Below are positions 36,774 through 54,371 of a DNA stretch of 64,000 nt, in pieces. How positions within the stretch are numbered: position 1 is the first letter of the stretch; each line of letters begins with the position of its first letter. Source of the DNA: Escherichia coli. Its GTDB lineage: Bacteria > Pseudomonadota > Gammaproteobacteria > Enterobacterales > Enterobacteriaceae. The stretch lies in the NCBI RefSeq assembly GCF_011045215.1, contig NZ_CP049201.1; one strand, written 5' to 3'. A program made the position numbers and the translations under genes. Under the pieces are notes generated by a model. It saw only the letters and a program-made list of their open reading frames with translations, searched no databases and had not been told where the DNA came from.

Positions 36774-38507
36774 TTACATACGCTCTACAGTCTCAATACC
36801 CAGCGTATCCAGACCCAGCTTCAGCGTCTTCGCCGTCAGTTGTGCCAGTTTTAGACGGCTGTTACGCACTTCTTCGTTTTCTGCGCTGAGGATCGGGCAG
36901 TGCTCGTAGAAGCCAGAGAACAGACCGGCCAGATCGTACAGGTAAGCACACATTACATGCGGCGTGCCTTCACGGGCAACCACGGTGAGGGTTTCTTCAA
37001 ACTGCAGCAGGCGAGCTGCCAGTTGCGCTTCACGATCTTCACGGATGATAACCGGAGCTGCAGCCAGTTGCTCTTCGTCAATTTCTGCTTTACGGAACAC
37101 GGACAATACACGCGTGTATGCATACTGCATGTATGGCGCGGTATTACCCTCAAACGCCAGCATGTTGTCCCAGTCGAAGATGTAGTCCGTGGTGCGGTTT
37201 TTGGAGAGATCCGCATATTTCACCGCACCAATACCAACCGCGTTAGCCAGTTTTTCCAGCTCGTCGGCTGGCATATCCGGGTTCTTTTCTGCCACCAGAC
37301 GGCGTGCACGTTCCAGGGCTTCATCCAGCAGATCGGCCAGTTTCACTGTACCACCCGCGCGGGTTTTGAACGGTTTGCCGTCTTTACCCAGCATCATGCC
37401 GAACATGTGGTGTTCCAGCGGTACGGATTCCGGTACATAGCCTGCTTTACGGACGATCGCCCATGCCTGCATCAGGTGTTGATGCTGACGGGAGTCGATG
37501 TAATACAGCACGCGATCGGCATGCAGTGTTTCATAACGATATTTCGCACAGGCGATATCAGTGGTGGTGTAGAGATAGCCGCCATCTTTCTTCTGAATGA
37601 TCACGCCCATCGGTTCGCCTTCCTTGTTTTTGAACTCATCAAGGAATACGACGGTCGCGCCTTCACTTTCTACTGCCAGACCTTTGGCTTTCAGGTCCGC
37701 CACGATACCCGGCAGCATTGGGTTGTAGAGGCTTTCACCCATCACGTCATCACGGGTCAGCGTCACGTTGAGACGATCGTAGGTGATCTGGTTCTGCGTC
37801 ATGGTGATGTCGACCAGTTTGCGCCACATCTCGCGGAAATATTCGTCACCGCTTTGCAGTTTTACCACGTAGTTACGTGCACGCTCGGCAAACTCTTCAT
37901 CTTCGTCGTAATGCTTTTTCGCATCGCGGTAGAAACCTTCAAGGTCAGCCAGCTCCATTTCACCGGCGTTTTCCTGCTGCTGCTTTTCCAGCCATGCAAT
38001 CAGCATACCGAACTGAGTGCCCCAGTCGCCGACGTGGTTTGCGCGAATCACTTTGTGACCGAGGAACTCCAGAGTACGCACTGCTGCGTCACCAATAATG
38101 GTAGAGCGCAGGTGACCGACGTGCATCTCTTTCGCCACGTTTGGCGCAGAGTAGTCAACCACAATGGTCTGTTTTTCTGGCGTAGCAACACCGAGACGAT
38201 CGGACGCCAGCGCCTGCTGAACATGTTCAGCCAGGAATGCCGGATCAAGGAAAATGTTGATAAAGCCTGGACCGGCGATCTCAACTTTGCTGGCGATACC
38301 GTTAAGATCCAGATGAGTCAGCACCTGCTCTGCTAATTGTCGCGGTGCCATACCCAGTTTTTTAGCAACTACCATCATGCCGTTAGCCTGATAGTCGCCG
38401 AACTGAACTTTTGCTGACTGACGAACCTGCGGTTCGCAATCCGCAGGCGCGCCTGCCGCAATCATGGCCTGACGGACTTTTTCTGAGAGAAGAGCCTGAA
38501 TATTCAC
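36774..38507 (-). CDS. argS: Arginyl-tRNA synthetase
   Basis: 577 aa; HVGH motif. Confidence 0.97.
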   Translation of the reverse strand: MNIQALLSEKVRQAMIAAGAPADCEPQVRQSAKVQFGDYQANGMMVVAKKLGMAPRQLAEQVLTHLDLNGIASKVEIAGPGFINIFLDPAFLAEHVQQALASDRLGVATPEKQTIVVDYSAPNVAKEMHVGHLRSTIIGDAAVRTLEFLGHKVIRANHVGDWGTQFGMLIAWLEKQQQENAGEMELADLEGFYRDAKKHYDEDEEFAERARNYVVKLQSGDEYFREMWRKLVDITMTQNQITYDRLNVTLTRDDVMGESLYNPMLPGIVADLKAKGLAVESEGATVVFLDEFKNKEGEPMGVIIQKKDGGYLYTTTDIACAKYRYETLHADRVLYYIDSRQHQHLMQAWAIVRKAGYVPESVPLEHHMFGMMLGKDGKPFKTRAGGTVKLADLLDEALERARRLVAEKNPDMPADELEKLANAVGIGAVKYADLSKNRTTDYIFDWDNMLAFEGNTAPYMQYAYTRVLSVFRKAEIDEEQLAAAPVIIREDREAQLAARLLQFEETLTVVAREGTPHVMCAYLYDLAGLFSGFYEHCPILSAENEEVRNSRLKLAQLTAKTLKLGLDTLGIETVERM

Positions 38508-38722
38508 CGGAATACCTTACATTGATGAAGCGAGCAAAAATTGCCCGCACCAGTTAAAGAAATTAGGGCGGGAGTATACTGCAAATGGCTGTTTTCGTCA
38601 GCAACGTGCGCGTGGCGTATTGCCGTTTTCACTATTGCATCAGAAGCGGCGTGAAATCAGCGGTTGGTTGGCACAGGGCAACAGGGTAAATTAACGCTTT
38701 TACTGAAAGACGAAGAGTGATT

Positions 38723-39289
38723 ATGGCGAACTGGCAATCTATCGACGAGCTGCAGGATATTGCATCGGATTTACCGCGATTTACCCACGCATTAGATGAA
38801 CTTTCCCGCCGTCTGGGGTTGAATATCACTCCGCTGACTGCCGATCACATTTCTTTGCGTTGCCATCAAAACGCCACTGCTGAACGCTGGCGTCGCGGGT
38901 TTGAACAGTGTGGCGAGCTTTTGTCAGAAAATATGATCAATGGCAGACCGATTTGTCTGTTTAAATTGCATGAACCGGTACAGGTTGCGCACTGGCAGTT
39001 TTCTATTGTAGAGCTACCGTGGCCCGGGGAAAAACGTTACCCACACGAAGGTTGGGAACATATTGAAATCGTTCTGCCGGGTGATCCAGAAACGCTGAAT
39101 GCCCGTGCGCTGGCATTGCTTTCTGATGAAGGACTCAGCCTACCGGGGATCTCAGTGAAAACCAGTTCGCCAAAAGGTGAGCATGAGCGATTACCGAATC
39201 CGACGCTGGCGGTCACCGATGGCAAAACAACTATTAAGTTTCATCCGTGGTCCATTGAAGAGATCGTTGCCAGCGAGCAGTCGGCGTAA
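38723..39289 (+). CDS. yecM: Protein YecM
   Basis: 188 aa from MANWQSIDELQ. Confidence 0.9.
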   Translation: MANWQSIDELQDIASDLPRFTHALDELSRRLGLNITPLTADHISLRCHQNATAERWRRGFEQCGELLSENMINGRPICLFKLHEPVQVAHWQFSIVELPWPGEKRYPHEGWEHIEIVLPGDPETLNARALALLSDEGLSLPGISVKTSSPKGEHERLPNPTLAVTDGKTTIKFHPWSIEEIVASEQSA

Positions 39290-39293
39290 TTAA

Positions 39294-40049
<756 letters not shown>

Positions 40050-40095
40050 TTTTTACCGTTGCATCATGTCGCCCAATATGATGCTTGCTCGTACC

Positions 40096-40128
40096 AGGCC
40101 CCTGCAATTTCAACAGGGGCCTTTTTTT
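40096..40128 (+). terminator. Intrinsic terminator after cutC
   Basis: AGGCCCCTG...CAGGGGCCT stem then T7. Confidence 0.8.
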
Positions 40129-40436
40129 ATCCCTGAACAGTATAAAAAACGAACGATTACCGTGATCTGTTGAGCGGGTGACAGTGCACATAGCGTTGTG
40201 CTAAAAATATTTTATATATTCACATTAATTATGTGATTTAAATTGCTAAAACTGACAAATATATATTCTAAATAACAACTGGATTATTCCTTAGCAATTA
40301 ATGATTACATTGTAATAAATCATATTCTTTAGCGATTATTTCAGGCAGTGTTGTGCCGAATTAAGCAAGTAGTCAATTCGTTGTGTATTTATTTATACAA
40401 TGATTTCGGTGTTCTGGAATTTAATTAGAGGAATCT

Positions 40437-41537
40437 ATGCGAGGGAAAAAACGCATTGGGTTATTGTTTTTGCTGATAGCGGTTGTGGTTGGTGGCGGCG
40501 GGTTATTGCTGGCGCAAAAAGCCTTACATAAAACGTCGGATACAGCATTTTGCCTTTCCTGCCACTCGATGAGTAAACCTTTTGAGGAATATCAGGGAAC
40601 TGTCCACTTTTCGAACCAGAAAGGGATACGTGCGGAATGTGCCGATTGCCATATTCCAAAGTCAGGGATGGATTATTTATTTGCTAAATTAAAAGCATCT
40701 AAAGATATTTATCATGAATTTGTTAGCGGCAAAATAGACAGTGACGATAAGTTCGAAACTCATCGCCAGGAAATGGCCGAATCAGTATGGAAAGAATTAA
40801 AAGCAACTGACTCTGCAACGTGCCGTAGTTGCCATTCTTTTGATGCCATGGATATTGCCTCGCAAAGTGAATCTGCGCAGAAAATGCATAACAAAGCACA
40901 AAAGGGCGGCGAAACCTGTATCGATTGTCATAAAGGCATTGCCCATTTTCCGCCAGAAATAAAAATGGATGACAACGCGGCGCATGAGCTGGAAAGTCAG
41001 GCCGCTACTTCAGTGACTAATGGCGCACATATTTATCCTTTCAAAACTTCTCGCATAGGCGAGCTGGCTACCGTGAATCCTGGTACCGATCTCACCGTCG
41101 TTGATGCCAGTGGCAAACAGCCGATCGTTCTGTTGCAGGGTTATCAAATGCAGGGCAGTGAAAACACGCTCTACCTGGCGGCAGGTCAACGGCTGGCGCT
41201 AGCCACATTAAGTGAAGAAGGTATCAAGGCGCTCACGGTAAACGGGGAATGGCAGGCTGACGAATACGGCAATCAATGGCGTCAGGCGTCTTTACAGGGT
41301 GCGCTTACCGATCCCGCATTAGCGGACCGTAAACCGCTATGGCAATACGCTGAAAAACTTGACGATACCTATTGCGCTGGTTGTCATGCCCCTATTGCCG
41401 CCGACCATTACACCGTCAATGCGTGGCCGTCCATTGCCAAAGGAATGGGGGCACGAACCAGCATGAGCGAAAACGAACTGGACATTTTAACGCGGTATTT
41501 CCAGTACAACGCCAAAGATATTACCGAGAAACAGTGA
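40437..41537 (+). CDS. torY: Membrane-anchored multihaem c-type cytochrome TorY (NapC/NirT family)
   Basis: 366 aa; multiple CxxCH motifs. Confidence 0.95.
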   Translation: MRGKKRIGLLFLLIAVVVGGGGLLLAQKALHKTSDTAFCLSCHSMSKPFEEYQGTVHFSNQKGIRAECADCHIPKSGMDYLFAKLKASKDIYHEFVSGKIDSDDKFETHRQEMAESVWKELKATDSATCRSCHSFDAMDIASQSESAQKMHNKAQKGGETCIDCHKGIAHFPPEIKMDDNAAHELESQAATSVTNGAHIYPFKTSRIGELATVNPGTDLTVVDASGKQPIVLLQGYQMQGSENTLYLAAGQRLALATLSEEGIKALTVNGEWQADEYGNQWRQASLQGALTDPALADRKPLWQYAEKLDDTYCAGCHAPIAADHYTVNAWPSIAKGMGARTSMSENELDILTRYFQYNAKDITEKQ

Positions 41538-41561
41538 TCCTCGTTGATCAGGGAGGAAGTT

Positions 41562-43991
41562 ATGACATTAACAAGACGTGAATTTATTAAACACAGCGGT
41601 ATTGCCGCTGGAGCGCTGGTGGTGACATCGGCAGCACCGCTACCCGCATGGGCAGAAGAGAAGGGCGGTAAAATCCTCACCGCGGGACGTTGGGGAGCGA
41701 TGAACGTAGAAGTGAAGGACGGCAAGATTGTTTCTTCGACAGGCGCGCTGGCGAAAACCATACCGAACTCCTTACAGTCTACGGCGGCGGATCAGGTACA
41801 CACCACGGCGCGTATTCAGCATCCGATGGTGAGAAAAAGCTATCTCGATAATCCACTGCAACCGGCGAAAGGTCGAGGCGAAGATACCTATGTACAGGTG
41901 AGCTGGGAACAAGCATTAAAACTGATTCATGAACAACACGATCGTATTCGTAAAGCTAACGGACCATCGGCCATTTTTGCCGGATCTTACGGCTGGCGCT
42001 CTTCTGGCGTGTTGCATAAAGCGCAAACCTTACTGCAACGTTATATGAACCTGGCGGGCGGTTATTCCGGGCATAGCGGCGATTATTCAACCGGGGCAGC
42101 ACAGGTGATCATGCCGCATGTGGTCGGTTCTGTAGAGGTGTATGAACAGCAGACCTCCTGGCCGCTGATTCTGGAAAACAGCCAGGTTGTGGTGCTGTGG
42201 GGAATGAACCCGCTGAATACCTTAAAAATTGCCTGGAGCAGTACCGATGAGCAAGGGCTGGAATACTTCCATCAGCTGAAAAAATCTGGCAAACCAGTGA
42301 TTGCCATTGATCCTATCCGCTCCGAAACCATCGAATTCTTTGGCGATAATGCCACCTGGATCGCGCCGAATATGGGCACCGACGTGGCACTAATGTTAGG
42401 GATTGCGCATACCCTGATGACACAAGGCAAACACGATAAAGTGTTCCTTGAAAAATACACCACCGGGTATCCGCAGTTTGAAGAATATCTGACAGGTAAG
42501 AGCGATAATACTCCGAAGAGCGCGGCCTGGGCGGCGGAAATTACTGGCGTACCGGAAGCGCAGATAGTCAAACTCGCTGAACTGATGGCGGCGAATCGCA
42601 CAATGCTGATGGCAGGCTGGGGAATTCAGCGCCAGCAATATGGTGAACAGAAACACTGGATGCTGGTGACGCTGGCGGCGATGTTAGGGCAGATTGGTAC
42701 ACCGGGCGGCGGTTTTGGTTTCTCTTATCATTACTCCAACGGTGGCAACCCGACGCGTGTTGGCGGCGTGCTGCCGGAAATGTCTGCGGCGATTGCCGGA
42801 CATGCCAGCGAGGCCGCTGATGATGGCGGAATGACGGCGATTCCTGTTGCCCGTATCGTCGATGCGCTGGAAAATCCTGGCGGCAAATATCAGCATAACG
42901 GTAAAGAACAAACGTATCCGAATATCAAAATGATCTGGTGGGCGGGTGGTGGTAACTTTACCCATCACCAGGATACTAATCGTCTGATCAAAGCATGGCA
43001 GAAACCGGAGATGATCGTCGTTTCTGAATGCTACTGGACTGCAGCTGCTAAACATGCAGATATCGTATTACCGATCACCACATCGTTTGAGCGCAATGAC
43101 TTGACGATGACCGGTGATTACAGCAACCAGCATATTGTGCCGATGAAGCAGGCTGTCGCTCCGCAATTTGAAGCGCGTAACGATTTTGACGTGTTTGCCG
43201 ATCTTGCTGAATTACTGAAACCTGGCGGAAAAGAGATCTATACCGAAGGTAAAGATGAAATGGCGTGGCTGAAATTTTTCTATGATGCCGCTCAGAAAGG
43301 TGCCCGTGCGCAACGCGTCACTATGCCAATGTTTAATGCCTTCTGGCAGCAAAATAAACTGATCGAAATGCGCCGCAGCGAGAAGAACGAACAGTATGTT
43401 CGTTATGGTGATTTCCGCGCCGATCCGGTGAAAAATGCGCTGGGTACGCCAAGCGGCAAAATTGAGATTTACTCCAAAACGCTGGAAAAATTTGGCTATA
43501 AGGATTGCCCGGCACACCCAACCTGGCTTGCGCCTGATGAGTGGAAGGGTACCGCCGACGAGAAGCAGTTGCAGCTTCTGACCGCACATCCGGCACACCG
43601 TTTACACAGTCAGCTTAACTATGCGGAACTGCGTAAAAAATATGCGGTTGCCGATCGTGAACCAATTACTATTCACACCGAAGATGCTGCTCGCTTTGGT
43701 ATTGCGAATGGTGATCTGGTGCGTGTCTGGAACAAACGTGGTCAGATTCTGACAGGTGCGGTGGTGACTGACGGGATCAAAAAAGGCGTGGTATGCGTGC
43801 ATGAAGGTGCATGGCCGGATCTGGAAAATGGCTTGTGTAAAAACGGCAGTGCGAACGTGTTAACGGCGGATATCCCCAGCTCGCAGCTGGCAAATGCATG
43901 TGCCGGTAACTCTGCGCTGGTGTATATCGAAAAATATACGGGTAACGCACCGAAGTTAACGGCGTTTGATCAGCCAGCTGTTCAGGCGTAA
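41562..43991 (+). CDS. torZ: Trimethylamine-N-oxide reductase 2 (molybdoenzyme) with Tat signal
   Basis: 809 aa; N-terminal RREFIK twin-arginine motif. Confidence 0.95.
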   Translation: MTLTRREFIKHSGIAAGALVVTSAAPLPAWAEEKGGKILTAGRWGAMNVEVKDGKIVSSTGALAKTIPNSLQSTAADQVHTTARIQHPMVRKSYLDNPLQPAKGRGEDTYVQVSWEQALKLIHEQHDRIRKANGPSAIFAGSYGWRSSGVLHKAQTLLQRYMNLAGGYSGHSGDYSTGAAQVIMPHVVGSVEVYEQQTSWPLILENSQVVVLWGMNPLNTLKIAWSSTDEQGLEYFHQLKKSGKPVIAIDPIRSETIEFFGDNATWIAPNMGTDVALMLGIAHTLMTQGKHDKVFLEKYTTGYPQFEEYLTGKSDNTPKSAAWAAEITGVPEAQIVKLAELMAANRTMLMAGWGIQRQQYGEQKHWMLVTLAAMLGQIGTPGGGFGFSYHYSNGGNPTRVGGVLPEMSAAIAGHASEAADDGGMTAIPVARIVDALENPGGKYQHNGKEQTYPNIKMIWWAGGGNFTHHQDTNRLIKAWQKPEMIVVSECYWTAAAKHADIVLPITTSFERNDLTMTGDYSNQHIVPMKQAVAPQFEARNDFDVFADLAELLKPGGKEIYTEGKDEMAWLKFFYDAAQKGARAQRVTMPMFNAFWQQNKLIEMRRSEKNEQYVRYGDFRADPVKNALGTPSGKIEIYSKTLEKFGYKDCPAHPTWLAPDEWKGTADEKQLQLLTAHPAHRLHSQLNYAELRKKYAVADREPITIHTEDAARFGIANGDLVRVWNKRGQILTGAVVTDGIKKGVVCVHEGAWPDLENGLCKNGSANVLTADIPSSQLANACAGNSALVYIEKYTGNAPKLTAFDQPAVQA

Positions 43992-44040
43992 GACGTGAAT
44001 AGCGCCAGGAAACGGGCGCTGAGGTTATGCAAACGTAAAG

Positions 44041-44142
44041 CTGCCTGATGCGCTATGCTTATCAGGCCTACATAGTCCCTGCAATATATTGAATTAGCAA
44101 GGTTTTGTAGGCCGGATAAGGCGTTCACGCCGCATCCGGCAG
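44041..44142. repeat. REP/BIME palindromic elements
   Basis: GCCTGATGCGCTA...TAGGCCGGATAAGGCGTTCACGCCGCATCCGGCA. Confidence 0.75.
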
Positions 44143-44155
44143 TAATACCAGACCT

Positions 44156-46303
<2,148 letters not shown>

Positions 46304-46355
46304 ACAAACTCCCTTTAAAATGGCCGATGGCACCTGTCTATGATAGGTGGCAAAT

Positions 46356-47174
46356 TCAGAAAAGAGAAGATTGCTGTGGAATAGCCGGAACTGCTCCGAT
46401 CTCTGGAAGCGTTTTACGTAAGTCTTCCCACAGGGTATGTACCAGTTCCGGTGCCTGGGCAATGTCTGGCGTATGTAAAAAAAGATAAGGCGTAGTGGTC
46501 TGATGCCACTGCGCTAATTTCTGTAACCAGACTTGAAATAATTCCCGGTTTTGCGTCATATCATCACTACCGATAAAACGGATCAGCGGATTTGTCGCCG
46601 TCAGTACAGCATGTACCGGAACTTTAGGTTTTTTTCGTTGAGCGTCGCGAATAGCTTCACTGTGTGGACGTGCTGCATGAACCGGGCGGCTGTCTAAAAT
46701 CACCCGATTAACGCCGCGCTGATGTAAACCGCGATTAAGCGTTTGTTCCTCTTCCCCTTTGGCGAAAAACTGTGGATGGCGGACTTCCACACCATAATTA
46801 AATTCGCCAGGGAGAGAATCGAGAAAATGCCAAAGCGCAGGCAGCTCCCGTGGGCCGAATGTGGCAGGCAGTTGCAGCCAGTATTGCCCAATGCGCGGAG
46901 CCAACGGTGACATGCGGGTCAAAAATTCAGTCACTAAATCATCGCAATGTCGTAATGCTGCCTGATGCGAAATGGTCGCCGGAAACTTAAAACAGAAGCG
47001 GAAGTCATCTGTGGTCTGTTCACGCCAGCGCAGGACAACCTCGGGTTTCGGCAGGGCGTAAAGCGTGGTGTTGCCCTCCACGCAGTTAAAGTGGCGGGCA
47101 TACTCTTCAAGGCTGGTGATCCCCAACCGCACCCATTTAGGATGCGACCATTGCGGTAGACCGATGTAAATCAT
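46356..47174 (-). CDS. yecE: DUF72 protein YecE
   Basis: 272 aa. Confidence 0.9.
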   Translation of the reverse strand: MIYIGLPQWSHPKWVRLGITSLEEYARHFNCVEGNTTLYALPKPEVVLRWREQTTDDFRFCFKFPATISHQAALRHCDDLVTEFLTRMSPLAPRIGQYWLQLPATFGPRELPALWHFLDSLPGEFNYGVEVRHPQFFAKGEEEQTLNRGLHQRGVNRVILDSRPVHAARPHSEAIRDAQRKKPKVPVHAVLTATNPLIRFIGSDDMTQNRELFQVWLQKLAQWHQTTTPYLFLHTPDIAQAPELVHTLWEDLRKTLPEIGAVPAIPQQSSLF

Positions 47175-47737
47175 AACGCGTGAAGGATCTCTTCCACGCT
47201 ACGCACACGGGCGATGCGCGGGTAGATATGATTAATGCTGTTATTGTGTTGCTCGGCGCTGGCGGCACTACAGGCGTCTTCGGCAATCACCAGATTAAAG
47301 CCAAGTTCCCAGGCATTTCGGGCGGTGGATTCAACACCGATATTGGTCGAGATCCCACATAACACTATTGTATCGATACCTCGGCGGCGTAATTGCAACT
47401 CCAGATCTGTACCGTAAAATGCACCCCACTGACGTTTGATGATTTCGATATCACTGTCAGTTGCACCTAATGCAGCTGGATGTTGCCACCAGTTTTCGGG
47501 CAACACTTTAGCGGGGGAGGGGGCATCAACCGGCTGTTTTAATGCTTCGGCGTAATCGGCAGACCAGCCAACTCGCACCAGAAACACGGGCTGACCGCTG
47601 GCGCGAAATTTCGCCGCCAGCTTCCCGGCGCGATTAACTACCTCATCGGCAGTATGTGGACCACCGGCAAAAGGTAAGATGCCTTCTTGTAAATCGATCA
47701 CCACCAGCGCAGTGGTTTTAGCATTAAGTTCAAGCAT
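47171..47737 (-). CDS. yecD: Isochorismatase-family hydrolase YecD
   Basis: 188 aa from [17 protein letters not shown]. Confidence 0.9.
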   Translation of the reverse strand: MLELNAKTTALVVIDLQEGILPFAGGPHTADEVVNRAGKLAAKFRASGQPVFLVRVGWSADYAEALKQPVDAPSPAKVLPENWWQHPAALGATDSDIEIIKRQWGAFYGTDLELQLRRRGIDTIVLCGISTNIGVESTARNAWELGFNLVIAEDACSAASAEQHNNSINHIYPRIARVRSVEEILHAL

Positions 47738-48046
47738 AATGACTCCTGAAAAAACAAAATCGTGCCTCACACCTTAATGCGATTAGCCGATGGCGGAACG
47801 ACAAATTTTGTTAATTTTTATGAGTTCGGGCAACACCTTTATAGCAAACTGGCGTAGAGTCTGATTTCAGGCCCGATATAAAGTGGTAACGAGGCGTCCC
47901 AGCGCGGGCCAGGCTCTTACGGTGCGGCAGAATTTCCAGTATAATAGCCGCCTTTTTTCATTCAGTTGTGACATACAGCTAACGCTGCGACTTGGTCACC
48001 TGCGCAGCAGGGGGCATCCGCCGGCAGCTAAGTTAAGGGATATCTC

Positions 48047-49819
48047 ATGCGTACAGAATATTGTGGACAGCTCCGTTTGTCCCACGTGGGGCAGCAGGTG
48101 ACTCTGTGTGGTTGGGTCAACCGTCGTCGTGATCTTGGTAGCCTGATCTTCATCGATATGCGCGACCGCGAAGGTATCGTGCAGGTATTTTTCGATCCGG
48201 ATCGTGCGGACGCGTTAAAGCTGGCCTCTGAACTGCGTAATGAGTTCTGCATTCAGGTCACGGGCACCGTACGTGCGCGTGACGAAAAAAATATTAACCG
48301 CGATATGGCGACCGGCGAAATCGAAGTGCTGGCGTCCTCGCTGACTATCATCAACCGCGCAGATGTTCTGCCGCTTGACTCTAACCACGTCAACACCGAA
48401 GAAGCGCGTCTGAAATACCGCTACCTCGACCTGCGTCGCCCGGAAATGGCTCAGCGCCTGAAAACCCGCGCTAAAATCACCAGCCTGGTGCGCCGTTTTA
48501 TGGATGACCACGGCTTCCTCGACATCGAAACTCCGATGCTGACCAAAGCCACGCCGGAAGGCGCGCGTGACTACCTGGTGCCTTCTCGTGTGCACAAAGG
48601 TAAATTCTACGCACTGCCGCAATCCCCACAGTTGTTCAAACAGCTGCTGATGATGTCCGGCTTTGACCGCTACTATCAGATCGTTAAATGCTTCCGTGAC
48701 GAAGACCTGCGCGCTGATCGTCAGCCTGAATTTACTCAGATCGATGTGGAAACTTCTTTCATGACCGCGCCGCAAGTGCGTGAAGTGATGGAAGCGCTGG
48801 TGCGCCATCTGTGGCTGGAAGTGAAGGGCGTGGATCTGGGCGATTTCCCGGTAATGACCTTTGCGGAAGCTGAACGCCGTTACGGTTCCGATAAACCAGA
48901 TTTGCGTAACCCGATGGAACTGACCGACGTTGCCGATCTGCTGAAATCTGTTGAGTTTGCAGTATTTGCAGGTCCGGCGAACGATCCGAAAGGTCGCGTT
49001 GCCGCTCTGCGTGTTCCGGGTGGCGCATCGCTGACCCGTAAGCAGATCGACGAATACGGTAACTTCGTTAAAATCTACGGCGCGAAAGGTCTGGCTTACA
49101 TCAAAGTTAACGAACGCGCGAAAGGTCTGGAAGGTATCAACAGCCCGGTAGCGAAGTTCCTTAATGCAGAAATCATCGAAGCCATCCTGGATCGTACTGC
49201 CGCGCAAGATGGCGATATGATTTTCTTCGGTGCCGACAACAAGAAAATTGTTGCCGACGCGATGGGCGCACTGCGCCTGAAAGTGGGTAAAGACCTTGGT
49301 CTGACCGACGAAAGCAAATGGGCACCGCTGTGGGTTATCGACTTCCCGATGTTTGAAGACGACGGTGAAGGCGGCCTGACGGCAATGCACCATCCGTTCA
49401 CCTCACCGAAAGACATGACGGCTGCAGAGCTGAAAGCTGCACCGGAAAATGCGGTGGCGAACGCTTACGATATGGTCATCAATGGTTACGAAGTAGGCGG
49501 TGGTTCAGTACGTATCCATAATGGTGATATGCAGCAGACGGTGTTTGGTATTCTGGGTATCAACGAAGAGGAACAGCGCGAGAAATTCGGCTTCCTGCTC
49601 GACGCCCTGAAATACGGTACTCCGCCGCACGCAGGTCTGGCATTCGGTCTTGATCGTCTGACCATGCTGCTGACCGGCACCGACAATATCCGTGACGTTA
49701 TCGCCTTCCCGAAAACCACGGCGGCAGCGTGTCTGATGACTGAAGCACCGAGCTTTGCTAACCCGACTGCACTGGCTGAGCTGAGCATTCAGGTTGTGAA
49801 GAAGGCTGAGAATAACTGA
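48047..49819 (+). CDS. aspS: Aspartyl-tRNA synthetase
   Basis: 590 aa. Confidence 0.97.
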
Positions 49820-49936
49820 TATGAGTCAAATACACGAAATCATTCGCGTTGCATCGAGGCGGCAACTGAGTGAACTCCCATGAGCATAGATAACTATGTG
49901 AATGGGATGAGCGAAGGCAGTCAACGAAGAGGCAGC

Positions 49937-50389
49937 GTGAAGGATAAAGTGTATAAGCGTCCCGTTTCGATCTTAGTGGTCATCTACGCACAAGATACGA
50001 AACGGGTGCTGATGTTGCAGCGGCGTGATGACCCCGATTTCTGGCAGTCGGTAACCGGCAGCGTGGAAGAGGGTGAAACCGCGCCGCAAGCTGCCATGCG
50101 CGAAGTAAAGGAAGAGGTCACCATTGATGTTGTCGCTGAACAACTGACCTTAATTGACTGTCAGCGCACGGTTGAGTTTGAAATTTTTTCACATTTACGT
50201 CATCGCTATGCGCCGGGCGTGACGCGTAATACGGAATCATGGTTCTGTCTTGCGCTTCCGCACGAGCGGCAGATCGTTTTCACTGAACATCTGGCTTACA
50301 AGTGGCTTGATGCGCCTGCTGCGGCGGCGCTCACTAAGTCCTGGAGCAACCGGCAGGCGATTGAACAGTTTGTAATTAACGCTGCCTGA
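49937..50389 (+). CDS. nudB: Dihydroneopterin triphosphate diphosphatase (Nudix)
   Basis: 150 aa from GTG ([14 protein letters not shown]); Nudix box. Confidence 0.9.
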
Positions 50390-50417
50390 ACAGGCAGGGC
50401 TATCTGGAGATATTTTT

Positions 50418-51158
50418 ATGGCAGGTCATAGTAAATGGGCCAACACCAGACATCGTAAAGCTGCGCAGGATGCTAAGCGCGGTAAAATCTTCACTAAAAT
50501 CATTCGTGAGCTGGTAACCGCGGCTAAGCTGGGCGGTGGCGATCCGGACGCTAACCCGCGTCTGCGTGCAGCGGTGGATAAAGCACTGTCTAACAACATG
50601 ACCCGTGACACTCTGAACCGCGCAATTGCACGTGGTGTGGGCGGTGATGATGATGCGAACATGGAAACCATCATCTACGAAGGTTACGGTCCTGGCGGCA
50701 CGGCAATCATGATTGAATGTCTGTCTGACAACCGCAACCGTACCGTTGCTGAAGTGCGTCATGCATTCAGCAAATGTGGCGGTAACCTCGGTACTGATGG
50801 TTCCGTAGCCTATCTGTTCAGCAAAAAAGGCGTCATCTCCTTCGAGAAAGGCGATGAAGACACTATCATGGAAGCAGCACTGGAAGCAGGTGCTGAAGAC
50901 GTTGTGACCTATGATGACGGCGCGATTGATGTCTACACTGCATGGGAAGAAATGGGTAAAGTGCGCGACGCTCTGGAAGCGGCAGGTCTGAAAGCAGACA
51001 GCGCGGAAGTTTCCATGATCCCGTCTACCAAAGCTGATATGGATGCAGAAACCGCACCGAAACTGATGCGTCTGATCGATATGCTGGAAGATTGCGACGA
51101 CGTGCAGGAAGTTTACCATAACGGTGAAATCTCTGATGAGGTCGCAGCGACTCTCTGA
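50418..51158 (+). CDS. yebC: YebC/PmpR-family transcriptional regulator
   Basis: 246 aa. Confidence 0.95.
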
Positions 51159-51192
51159 TGAGGCCTGCTAAACAGCAAAACGGAGACGCGTG

Positions 51193-51714
51193 ATGGCTAT
51201 TATTCTCGGCATTGATCCGGGTTCGCGCGTGACCGGCTACGGCGTCATCCGCCAGGTAGGTAGGCAACTGTCCTACCTGGGTAGCGGGTGCATCCGCACC
51301 AAAGTGGATGATTTACCGTCTCGTCTGAAACTCATCTATGCGGGCGTGACGGAAATCATCACCCAGTTCCAGCCTGATTATTTCGCCATTGAACAAGTCT
51401 TTATGGCAAAGAACGCTGACTCAGCCCTGAAACTGGGCCAGGCGCGCGGCGTGGCGATTGTGGCGGCGGTGAATCAGGAGTTGCCAGTATTTGAATACGC
51501 GGCACGTCAGGTAAAGCAAACGGTGGTAGGTATTGGTAGTGCCGAAAAAAGCCAGGTGCAGCATATGGTCCGCACCTTGCTGAAACTGCCCGCTAATCCA
51601 CAGGCGGATGCCGCCGATGCGCTGGCGATTGCCATCACCCACTGCCACGTTAGTCAGAATGCGATGCAGATGAGCGAATCGCGGCTGAACCTGGCGAGAG
51701 GGCGACTGCGTTAA
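51193..51714 (+). CDS. ruvC: Holliday junction resolvase RuvC
   Basis: 173 aa from [11 protein letters not shown]. Confidence 0.97.
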
Positions 51715-51715
51715 G

Positions 51716-52318
51716 TTATACCGCCTCGGTCAGTTCCGGCTGAGGCGTTTCCACTCCCTCCGCATGAATCAACACCAAACCCGGATGATGCCACAAACTG
51801 GCTGGCGTGACGGTTTTACGCTCCCACGGAATAGAACCCAGGAACCAGAATTTCCAGAAAGTGAGTTTTGCATTCGGATTGCTATTTAACAATTCTCCAA
51901 ACGTCTCTATTTCACCCACCGGAATACATAGCGCTTCTTTATAAATATCAAAAACAAATTTTGAACAGAACTGGCGCGAAGATTCGTATTTAAAACCGGT
52001 GTGGTAAAGTTTGCGTAGCCGGGAGGGAACCTGTTCAACAATTCGTTGTTTTTGTTGTTCTGTCAGCCCAGCGTCTAATCGCTTTATAGCATAGCGTTGA
52101 TTAGACGAACGTTTAATAAAACGAGATAGCGTGGTGATGGTTGAAAGGGGAACCCGGCTTTCTGCAACCAGGAAGTCTTCACCGTTATGACCGATAATGA
52201 TCCCGACGTGATTACTCCAGCAATTTGATGCAGCTGATATTTGACCAAATAAGGCAGCACCTATACATGTAAAGACGATATCTCCAATTTCATATTCAGC
52301 AGGGTAATTAATATTCAC
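51716..52318 (-). CDS. yebB: Uncharacterized protein YebB
   Basis: ~200 aa assuming GTG start at 52318 (longest ORF runs to 52417). Confidence 0.7.
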   Translation of the reverse strand: MNINYPAEYEIGDIVFTCIGAALFGQISAASNCWSNHVGIIIGHNGEDFLVAESRVPLSTITTLSRFIKRSSNQRYAIKRLDAGLTEQQKQRIVEQVPSRLRKLYHTGFKYESSRQFCSKFVFDIYKEALCIPVGEIETFGELLNSNPNAKLTFWKFWFLGSIPWERKTVTPASLWHHPGLVLIHAEGVETPQPELTEAV

Positions 52319-52524
52319 GTTGTCATTCCATTGAAATAGATACGAATATACGTAATAGCATAAAAAATTTATTTTTTCAGGAGGCACAATGTATATTTTT
52401 ATTACGCATTTCTTCACTGAATATGTAATATTAAAATATTTGCTTCCAATATAACCTGTAGAATAAATTATACTGTGCCATTTTTCAGTTCATCGAGACA
52501 CCTCGCAAGTTTTCTTCATCCTTC

Positions 52525-52540
52525 GCTGGATATCTATCCA
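52525..52540. promoter_or_regulatory. LexA (SOS) box upstream of ruvAB
   Basis: CTGGATATCTATCCAG = CTG-N10-CAG. Confidence 0.7.
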
Positions 52541-52592
52541 GCATTTTTTTATCATACAGCATTATCTTTGATTCATTACGCAGGAGCGTCAT

Positions 52593-53204
52593 GTGATAGG
52601 CAGACTCAGAGGCATCATCATTGAAAAACAACCCCCGCTGGTGTTAATTGAAGTGGGCGGCGTAGGCTATGAAGTGCATATGCCGATGACCTGTTTTTAT
52701 GAACTCCCTGAAGCGGGTCAGGAAGCGATCGTTTTCACCCACTTTGTGGTGCGTGAAGACGCGCAACTGCTGTACGGTTTTAACAATAAACAAGAGCGCA
52801 CATTGTTCAAAGAGTTGATCAAAACCAACGGCGTCGGCCCGAAGTTGGCGCTGGCGATCCTCTCCGGAATGTCAGCGCAGCAGTTTGTTAATGCCGTTGA
52901 GCGTGAAGAAGTGGGGGCACTGGTGAAACTGCCAGGTATTGGCAAAAAAACCGCCGAACGCTTGATTGTTGAAATGAAAGACCGATTTAAAGGTTTGCAT
53001 GGCGATCTCTTTACGCCAGCCGCCGACCTGGTACTCACGTCTCCTGCCAGCCCGGCGACCGACGATGCTGAACAAGAAGCGGTTGCTGCGCTAGTGGCGC
53101 TGGGCTATAAACCACAAGAAGCAAGCCGCATGGTGAGCAAAATCGCTCGCCCTGACGCCAGCAGTGAAACATTAATTCGCGAAGCCCTACGCGCCGCGTT
53201 ATGA
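52593..53204 (+). CDS. ruvA: Holliday junction branch-migration protein RuvA
   Basis: 203 aa, GTG start. Confidence 0.97.
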   Translation: MIGRLRGIIIEKQPPLVLIEVGGVGYEVHMPMTCFYELPEAGQEAIVFTHFVVREDAQLLYGFNNKQERTLFKELIKTNGVGPKLALAILSGMSAQQFVNAVEREEVGALVKLPGIGKKTAERLIVEMKDRFKGLHGDLFTPAADLVLTSPASPATDDAEQEAVAALVALGYKPQEASRMVSKIARPDASSETLIREALRAAL

Positions 53205-53209
53205 GGTAA

Positions 53210-54223
<1,014 letters not shown>

Positions 54224-54355
54224 GTCGGATTGGTCGCTCGCACCGCATCCGACATTGGCAGTGTGCCTGATGCGACGCTATTCGCGTCTTATCAGGCATA
54301 TACCAGAGATAGCGAACCGTAGGTCGGAAAAGGCGCTCGCGCCGCATCCGACAAA
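54224..54355. repeat. REP/BIME palindromic elements
   Basis: Repeated GCCGCATCCGACA and CTGATGCGACGC REP-type units. Confidence 0.7.
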
Positions 54356-54371
54356 TGTGTTCAGCGATAGA

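Noticed and set aside
36900-38336. 478-aa antisense ORF opposite argS
   Set aside because: Lies entirely within argS on the opposite strand; argS is the conserved, syntenic gene and the antisense translation is low-complexity.
48215-49393. 392-aa antisense ORF opposite aspS
   Set aside because: Shadow ORF inside a highly conserved aminoacyl-tRNA synthetase gene.
50400-51119. 239-aa antisense ORF opposite yebC
   Set aside because: Shadow ORF; the yebC frame gives the conserved product.
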